The position numbers and the translations under genes were made by a program. From the human T2T-CHM13v2.0 reference genome, Homo sapiens, in the NCBI RefSeq assembly GCF_009914755.1, contig NC_060927.1: 64,000 bases of DNA; one strand, written 5' to 3'. Below the pieces are notes generated by a model that worked only from the letters and a program-made list of their open reading frames with translations, did not search any database and had not been told where the DNA came from. Numbering within the stretch: the first letter of the stretch is position 1; the number at the start of each line of letters is the position of its first letter. Positions 54,828 through 64,000 of this stretch are shown in pieces.

Positions 54828-55240
54828 GAAGAAAAATAATGATTAATACACCCTCACTCACAATTCTAACATGCCATGGTGGAGGTCTTATTACAAATTT
54901 ATTCCTTTGTATGCTTTCTATTAAAAATTACATTTTTTTCCATGACTGTCCTACAGAGGAGATAGAAAGATTAATATAATTCACCATATTAACAGAAAAG
55001 TGTTTAAAAAATTATAAGATTATCTCTATAGAAAAAGCATTTGACAACACCTAATACCCATTCTTGAGAACAACTCTCAGCAAACTGGGAGTATACAAGA
55101 ACTTCAATAACGAAATAAAGTGCATTTATGAAAAAAGCCCAACAGTGAACATTACACTTAACAGTAAGAGTTTGAATGCTTTCCCTCCGTTATTTATTTT
55201 CTATTGTGACCATAGCAAATTGCCACAGATTTGGTGTCTT

Positions 55241-58200
55241 TTTTTTGTTTTTATTTATTTATTTTTATTATATTTTAAGTTCTAGGGTACATGTGCACAA
55301 TGTGCAGGTTCGTTACATATGTATACCTGTGCCATGTTGGTGTGCTGCACCCATTAACTTGTCATTTACATTAGGTATATCTCCTAATGCTATCCCTTCC
55401 CCTTCCCCCGACCCCACGACAGGCCCGGGTGTGTGATGTTCCCTACCCTGTGTCCAAATGTTCTCCTTGTTCACTTCCCACCTATGAGTGAGAACATGCA
55501 GTGTTTGGTTTTCTGTCCTTGGTCCTTGTGATAGTTTGCTCAGAATGATGGTTTCCAGCTTCAACCGTGTCCCTACAAAGGGCATGAACTCATCCTTTTT
55601 TATGGCTGCATAGTATTCCATGGTGTATATGTGCCACATTTTCTTAATCCAGTCTATCACTGATGGACATTTGGGTTGGTTCCAAGTCTTTGCTATTGTG
55701 AATAGTGCTGCAATAATCATACATGTGCATGTGTCTTTATAGCAGCATGATTTATAATCCTTTGGATATATACCCAGTAATGGGATGGCTGGGTGAAATG
55801 GTATTTTTAGTTCTAGATCCTCAAGGAATTATCAGACTGTCTTCCACAATGGTTGAACTAGTTTACAGTCCCACCAACAGTGTAAAAGTGTTCCTATTTC
55901 TCCACATCCTCTCCTGCATCTGTTGTTTCCTGACTTTTTAATGATCGCCATTCTAAGTGGTGTGAGATGGTATCTCATTGTGGTTTTGATTTGCATTTCT
56001 CTGATGGCCAGTGATGATGAGCATTTTTTCATGTGTCTTTTGGTTGCATAAATATCTTCTTTTGAGAAGTGTCTGTTCATATCCTTTGCCCACTTTTTGA
56101 TGGGGTTGTTTGATTTTTTTCTTGTAAATTTGTTTAAGTTCTTTGTAGATTCTGGATATTAGCCCTTTGTCAGATGAGTAGGTTGCGAAAATTTTCTCCC
56201 ATTTTGTAGGTTGCCTGTTCACTCTGATGGTAGTTTCTTTTGCTGTGCAGAAGCTCTTGAGTTTAATTAGATCCCATTTGTCAGTTTTGGCTTTTGTTGC
56301 CCTTGCTTTTGGTGTTTTAGACATGAAGTCCTTGTCCATGCCTATGTCCTGAATGGTATTGCCTAGGTTTTCTTCTAGGGTTTTTATGGTTTTAGGTCTA
56401 ACATGTAAGTCTTTAATCCATCTTGAATTAATTTTTGTATAAGGTGTAAGGAAGGGATCCAGTTTCAGCTTTCTACATATGGCTAGCCAGTTTTCCCAGC
56501 ACCATTTATTAAATAGGGAATCCTTTCCCCATTGCTTGTTTTTCTCAGGTTTGTCAAAGATTGGATGGTTGTAGATGTGTGGTATTATTTCTGAGGGCTC
56601 TGTTCTGTTCCATTGATCTATATCTCTGTTTTGGTACCAGTACCATGCTGTTTTGGTTACTATAGCCTTGTAGTATAGTTTGAAGTCAGGTAGCGTGATG
56701 CTTCTACCTTTGTTCTTCTTGCCCAGGATTGTCTTGGCAATGCAGGCTCTTTTTTGGTTCCATATGAAGTTTAAAGTAGTTTTTTTCCAATTCGGTGAAG
56801 AAAGTCATTGGTAGCTTGATGGGGATGGCATTGAATCTATAAATTACCTTAGGCAGTATGGCCATTTTCATGATATTGATTCTTCCTATCCATGAGCATG
56901 GAATGTTCTTCCATTTGTTTGTATCCTCTTTTATTTCATTGAGCAGTGGTTTGTAATTATCCTTTAAGAGGTCCTTCACATCCCTTGTAAGTTGGATTCC
57001 TAGGTATTTTGTTCTTTTTGAAGCAATTGTGAATGGGAGTTCACTCATGATTTGGCTCTCTGTTTGTCTGTTATTGGTATATAGGAATGCTTGTGATTTT
57101 TGCACATTGATTTTGTATCCTGAGACTTTGCTGAAGTTGCTTATCAGCTTAAGGAGATTTTGGGCTGAGACGGGGTTTTTTAAATATACAATCATGTCAT
57201 CTGCAAACAGAGACAATTTGACTTCCTGTCTTCCTATTTGAATACCCTTTGTTTCTTTCTCTTGGCTGATTGCCCTGGCCAGAATGTCCAATAGTATGTT
57301 GAATAGGAGTGGTGAGAGAGGGCATCCTTGTCTTGTGCCGGTTTTCAAAGGGGATGCTTCCAGTTTTTGCACATTTAGTATGATATTGGCTGTGGGTTTA
57401 CCATAAATAGCTCTTATTAATTTGAGATATGTTCCATTGATACCTAGTTTATTGAGAGTTTTTAGCATGAAGCAGTGTTGAATTTTGTTGAAGGCCTTTT
57501 CTGCATTTATTGAGATAATCATGTGGTTTTTGTCACTGGTTCTGTTTATATGATGGATTATGTTTATTGATTTGCATATGTTGAACCAGCCTTGCATCCC
57601 AGGGATGAAGCCCACTTGATCACGGTGGATAAGCTTTTGATGTGCTGCTGGATTTGGTTTTCCAGTATTTTATTGAGGATTTTTGCATCAATGTTCATCA
57701 GGGGTATTGGTCTAAAATTCTCTTTTTTTTGTTGTGTCTCTGCCAGGCTTTGGTATCAGGATGATGCTGGCCTCATAAAATGGGTTAGGGAGGATTCCCT
57801 CTTTTTCTATTGATTGGAATAGTTTCAGAAGGAATGGTACCAGCTCCTCCTTGTACCTCTGGTAGAATTGGGCTGTGAATCCATCTGGTCCTGGAGTTTC
57901 TTTGGTTGGTAAGCTATTAATTATTGCCTCAGTTTCAGAGCCTATTATTGGTCTATTCAGGGATTCAGCCTTTTCCTGGTTTAGTCTTGGGAGGGTGTAT
58001 GTGTCCAGGAATTTATCCATTTCTTCTAGATTTTCTAGTTTATTTTCAAAGAGGTGTTTATAGTATTCTCTGATGGTAGTTTGAATCTCTGTGGGATCGG
58101 TGGTGATATCTTCTTTATCATTTTTATTGCGTCTATTTGATTCTTCTCTTTTCTTCTTTATTAGTCTTGCTAGCAGCCTATCTGTTTTGTTGATCTTTTC

Positions 58201-61200
58201 AAAAAACCAGCTCCTGGATTCATTGATTTTTTGAAGGGTTTTTTTTGTGTCACTTATCTCCTTCAGTTCTGCTCTGATTTTAGTTATTTCTTGCCTTTGG
58301 CTAGCTTTTGAATGTGTTTGCTCTTACTTCTCTAGTTCTTTTAATTGTGATGTTAGGGTATCAATTTTGGATCTTTCCTGCTTTCTCTTGTGGGCATTTA
58401 GTACTATAAATTTCCCTCTACACACTGCTTTGAATGTGTCCCAGAGATTCTGGTATGTTGTGTCTTTGTTCTCATTGGTTTCAAAGAACATCTTTATTCC
58501 TGCCTTCATTTCGTTACGTACCCAGTAGTCATTCAGTAGCAGGTTTTTCAGTTTCCATGTAGTTGAGCAGTTTTGAGTGAGTTTCTTAATCCTGAGTTCT
58601 AATTTGATTGCACTGTGGTCTGAGAGACAGTTTGTTATAATTTCTGTTCTTTTACATTTGCTGAGGAGTGCTTTACTTCCAACTCTGTGGTGAATTTTGT
58701 AATAAGTGCAATGTGGTGCTAAGAAGGATGTATATTCTGTTGATTTGGGGTGAAGAGTTCTGTAGATGTGTATTAGGTCTGCTTGGTGCAGAGCTGAGTT
58801 CATTTCCTGGATATCCTTGTTAACTTTCTGTCTCGTTGATCTGTCTAATGTTGACAGTAGGGTGTTAAAGTCTCCCATTATTATTGTGTGGGAACCTAAG
58901 TCTCTTTGTAGGTCTCTAAGGACTTGCTTTATGAACCTGGGTGCTCCTGTATTGGGTGCATATATATTTAGGATAGGTAGCTCTTCTTGCTGCATTGATC
59001 CCTTTAACATTATGTAATGGCCTTCTTTGTATCTTCTGATCTTTGTTGGTTTATAATCTCTTTTATCAGAGACTAGGATTGCAACCCCTTTTTTTTGTTT
59101 TCCATTTGCTTGGTAGATCTTCCTCCATCCCTTTATTTTGAGCCTATGTGTGTCTCTGCATGCAAGATGGGTCTCCTGAATACAGCACACTGATGGGTCT
59201 TGACTCTTTATCCAATTTGCCAGTCTGTGTCTTTTAATTGGAACATTTATCCCATTTACATTTAAAGTTAATACTGTTATGTGTGAATTTGATCTTGTCA
59301 TTATGATGTTAGCTGGTTGTTTTGCTTGTTAGTTGATGCGTTTTCTTCCTAGCATTGATGGTCTTTACAATTTGGCATGATTTTGCAGTGGCTGATACCG
59401 GTTGTTCTTTTCCAAATTTAGTGCTTCCTTCAGGAGCTCTTTTAGGGCAGGCCTGGTGGTGACAAAATCTCTCAGCATTTGCTTGTCTGTAAAGTATTTT
59501 ATTTCTCCTTCACTTATGAAGCTTAGTTTGGCTGGATATGAAATTCTGGGTTGAAAATTCTTTTCTTTAAGAATGTTGAATATTGGCCCCCACTCTCTTC
59601 TGGCTTGTAGAGTTTCTGCCGAGAGATCCACTCTTTGTCTGATGGGCTTCCCTTTGTGGGTAACCCGACCTTTCTCTCTGGCTGCCCTTAACATTTGTTT
59701 CCTTCATTTCAACTTTGGTGAATCTGACAATTATGTGTCTTGGAGTTGCTGTTCTCAAGGAGTATCTTTGTGGCGTTCTCTGTATTTCCTGAATCTGAAT
59801 GTTGGCCTGCCTTGCTAGGTTGGGGAAGTTCTCCTGGATAACATCCTGCAGAGTGTTTTTCAACTTGGTTCCATTCTCCCTGTCACTTTCAGGTACACCA
59901 ATCAGATGTAGATTTGGTCTTTTCACATAGTTCCATATTTCTTGGGGGCTTTGTTCATTTCTTTTTACTCTTTTTTCTCTAAACTCTCTTCTCACTTCAT
60001 TTCATTCATTTGATCTTCAATCACTGATACCCTTTCTTCCAGTTGGTCGAATCGGCTACTGAAGCTTGTGCATGCGTCACGTAGTTCTCGTGCCATGGTT
60101 TTCAGGTCCATCAGGTCTTTTAAGGTCTTCTCTATGCTGTTTGTTCTAGTTAGCCACTCGTCCAATCTTTTTTCAAGGTTTTTAGCTTCTTTGTGATGGG
60201 TTCGAACATCCTCCTTTAGCTCAGAGAAGTCTGTTACTACCAATCTTCTGAAACCTTCTTCTCTCAACTTGTCAAAGTCATTCTCCATTCAGCTTTGTTC
60301 TGTTGCTGGTGAGGAGCTGCGTTCCTTTGGAGGAGAAGAGGCACTCTGATTTTTAGAATTTTCAGCTTTTCTCATCTGGTTTCTCCCCATCTTTGTGGTT
60401 TTATCTACCTTTGGTCTTTGATGATGGTGACGTACAGATGGGGTTTTTGTGGTGATGTCCTTTCTGTTTGTTAGTTTTCCTTCTAACAGTCAGACCCTCA
60501 GCTGCATGTCTGTTGGAGTTTGCTGGAGGTCCACTCCAGACCCTGTTTGCCTAGGTATTACCAGCAGAGGCTGCAGAGCCGCAAATATTGCAGAACGGCA
60601 AATGTTGCTGCCTGATCCTTTCTCTGGAAGCTTCGTTTCAGAGGGGCACCCGGCCGTATGAGGTGTCAGTTGGTCCCTACTGGGAGGTGCCTCCCAGTTA
60701 GGCTACTCGGGGGTCAGGGACCCACTTGAGGAGGCAGTCTGTCCTTTCTCAGATCTCACACTCTGTTGGGAGAACCGTTACTCTCTTCAAAGCTGTCAGA
60801 CAGGGATGTTTAAGTCTGCAGAAGTTTCTGCTGCCTTTTGTTCAGCTATGCCCTGCCCCGAGAGGTGGAGTCTACAGAGGCTGGCAGGCCTCCTTCAGCT
60901 GTGGTGGCCTCCACCCAGTTCGAGCTTCCCAGCTGCTTGGTTTACCTACTCAAGCCTCAGCAATTGCGGGCGCCCCTCCCCCAGCCTCACTGTCACCTTG
61001 CAGTTCGGTCTCAGACTGCTGTGCTTGCAGTGAGCAAGGCTCTGTGGGCATGGGACCCTCTGAGCCGCACGCAGGATATAATCTCCTGGTGTGCCATTTG
61101 CTAAGACCATTGGAAAAGCGCACTATTAGGGTGGGAGTGACCTGATTTTCCAGGTGCCATGTGTCATGGCTTCCCTTGGCTAGGAAAGGGAATTCCCTGA

Positions 61201-61416
61201 CCCCTTGCACTTCCTGGGTGAGGCGATGCCTCGCCCTGCTTCGGCTCACGATCTGTGGGCTGCACCCACTGTCCTGCACTCACTGTCCGACAAGCCCCAG
61301 TGAGATGAACCCGCTACCTCAGTTGGAAATGCAGAAATCACACGTCTTCTGTGTTGCTCATGCTGGGAGCTGTAGACTGGAGCTGTTCCTATTCAGCCAT
61401 CTTGGAACCTCCCCTT
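55241..61416 (-). mobile_element. Full-length L1PA5/PA6-like element, ORFs disrupted
   Basis: Complete 5'UTR retaining the ZNF93-bound segment. TSD CAGAT(T/G)TGGTGTCTT (55226-55240 / 61417-61431), followed by AAAA (canonical TT/AAAA site). Confidence 0.93.
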
Positions 61417-61443
61417 CAGATGTGGTGTCTTAAAACAATATGC

Positions 61444-61741
61444 TTTTTTTTTTTTTTTTTGAGGCAGAGTCTAGCTCTGTCATCCAGGCTGGAGTCCAGT
61501 GGTATAATCTTGGCTCACTGCAACCTCTGCCTCTCGGGTTCAATTGATTCTCCCGCCTCAGCCTCCCGAGTAGCTGGGATTAACAGGTGTCCGCCACCAC
61601 ATCCAGCTAATTTTTATATTTTTGGTAGAGATGGGGTTTCACTGTGTTGGCTAGGCTGGTCTCGAACTCCTCACCTCGTGATCCTCCTGCCTCGGCCTCT
61701 CAAAGTGCTGGGATTATAAGTGTGAGCAACTGCACCCTGCC
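61444..61741 (-). mobile_element. AluS
   Basis: Antisense dimer. TSD TAAAACAATAT (61431-61441 / 61742-61752). Confidence 0.9.
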
Positions 61742-62384
61742 TAAAACAATATCCATTTTTTTAATCTTACAGTTCTCTACGTCAGAAGCCTGTGTACAGC
61801 ATCACTCAGTTTGTGCTCTCCTTAGGATTTCAGCAGGACCATCTCAAAATATTGACAGGGCTGTTTTGTGTGTGTGTGTGTGTGTGTGTTTTCCTGGAGG
61901 CTTTACAAATGAATCTACTTCTAAGCTCAGTCAGGTTGTTGGCAGATTCCAATTCCATGCATTTGAGGTACTGGGGTCCCTGTTTCCTTGCTTACTGTCA
62001 GCTGAAGATTGTTCTCAGCTTATAGAAACCACTCATATTCCTGTGGCCCCTTTCTCAATCTTCAAAGCCAGCAATGGCAGCTTACATCCTCCTTATACTT
62101 TGAATCTTTCTTACCTCCCTTTCTGCATCATCTTTTCTCTGCTACTTCCTCTTCTTCAGCATGTATCTGATTGACTCTTCTGCCTTCTTCTTCTACTCTC
62201 AAGGGCTTATGTAATTACATTGGGTCCACTTAGCTAATTCAAAATAATCTCTTTAATTTAAGGTTAGTTTATTAGTAACCTTAAATTTATCTTCAGAGTC
62301 TCTACACAGCAGTATCTGGACTAGTATTTGAATAATCAGGGGATGGGAATCTTAGGGCCCATCTTTAGAATTCTGCCTATCATA

Positions 62385-64000
62385 CCCTTTAAGAATAGGA
62401 ACAAGACAAGGATATTCACCATGACCACTCTTATTCAACATTGTATTGGAGATTTGACCTATTGCAAGAGGCAAGAAAAAAATAAAAGTCTATAGATCAG
62501 AAGTAAATACATAAATTGCTTTTATTCATAGATGACATGTTAATCTATGTTGTAAATCACAAGAAATCTATGAAGAGGGGGCTGGAATTAACAAGTAAGT
62601 TTTCTGGAATTAATAAGTGAGTATAAGACAGCCAGTAGGAAAATCAATTATATTTCTATATGTTAGCAACAAACAATAAAACATTTGATTTTTTTAATAG
62701 AAGGAACCACTTATAATAATAAATATTAATTGAAAGATTATGAACATAAACATGAAATAAAACTTACAGAAGGAAACATAAGGATATATCTTTGCACCAT
62801 GGGAGAGGGCAAAGAATTTTTAGACAAGTCATAGAAAGGAATAACCATAAAAGAAGACATATGTTAAAATTAATCAAATATAAAACTTTTTTATCAAAAT
62901 GAGTAGCCAAGCTATACTGGGAGAAAATAAGAAAGAAAATATATATAGCCACCAAGATAACTTTTCAATAGGTGAATGGATAAACCAACTATGGTATATC
63001 CATACAATGGAATCTTAGTCAGTGGTAAAAGATGATGTATCAAGCCATGAAAAATGTACAGATGAGCTTTAGATGCATAATGCTAAGTGAAAGAAGCCAG
63101 TCTGAAAAGGCTACATACTGCATAATTCTGATTATAAGACTTTTTGGAATAGGCAAAACTAAAGAGTTAGTAAAAGTCAGTTGTTAGCAAGAGTTTAGGG
63201 GGACGTAGGGAGAGTTCAATAGTTGAAGTTTAGTTTTAGTTTTAGTTGAATAGTGGAAAGTTTAATAGTTGACTAGTTAAAGTTTAGGTTTGTGAAACTA
63301 TCCTCTATGATACTGGCATGGTAGATACGTGGCATGCATTTGTCAAAACCCATACAACTTTACAACACTAGTGTGAAACTCAATGTATGCAATTTAAGAA
63401 AATCATTTAAGAGATTGGGGTATCCAAGAAGGAATGCATATATGACAAGAGAATCTGTATCACAAATATATAAAACAACCTCAGTAAAGGTGGTGGGGAA
63501 GGTGACAACCTAGATAACTATGGAAATGAGTGAAGTCTGTAAGACTAAATACGATAGGAACTGCATATAAGCACTGTACTCTAGTTGATAAAGATGTTTT
63601 CCATGAGGATATGGATTAACAATTCTAATACTACTATGTATCTATACTGGAATTGAACAATTAAGTAAATGGATGATGCAGGGTACGAGCCAGTTTTCTC
63701 ACTGCTGGAGTGAGAATCTACAGATAAGCTGGAAGAGGAGATTAGAATGATCTATGTGGTACTGTATAAGAGTTGGCGACATATGTATGAACTCATGTTT
63801 AGCTAAATAGATCTACAGATAGTTGCAAGCAGAAATATTTATAGATACATGTATTGCACAGGTTAGTACACACACACACATATATTCTTGCTCTGTCAGC
63901 TAAGACAGCTTAGAAGCAACAATATCCCAGTAGCAATGAGCAAACGTGGTCTCTAGATTCTAGTTTCTAATAACATTCTCTAATAAAAGGAATCAGGACT
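62385..64000 (+). mobile_element. Old L1M fragments
   Basis: Degenerate ORF2 (ggaacaagacaaggat...atagatgacatg) and 3'UTR-like sequence. Confidence 0.6.

Larger units (their letters stand above)
55190..62385. mobile_element. MLT1-type LTR split by the L1 and Alu (pieces ~55190-55240 and 61432-62385)
   Basis: ctattg..catagcaaattgccacaga..|..ttaaaacaa..atcttacagttct...ttctgcctatca pattern. Confidence 0.6.

Overview
Primate, most likely human (SVA and AluY present), genomic DNA. It holds one complete protein-coding gene, EIF5A2, on the minus strand: a CpG-island promoter at ~30.3-31.7 kb, 5 exons, a 153-aa CDS with the hypusine site K50, and a ~5 kb 3'UTR with four AATAAA signals. Most of the rest is interspersed repeat: three young minus-strand L1PA elements, an older plus-strand L1 that hosts nested THE1, SVA and L1 insertions, two complete THE1 (MaLR) proviruses, ERVL fossils, solo LTRs, many Alus and DNA-transposon fossils. 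The most notable structural signal is an apparent L1 3' transduction. The L1 at 892-6924 carries ~355 bp of foreign DNA with its own poly(A) signal and tail, all enclosed by one 17-bp TSD. I see no evidence for a new gene system. Repeat subfamily names come from recalled consensus features, not database searches.
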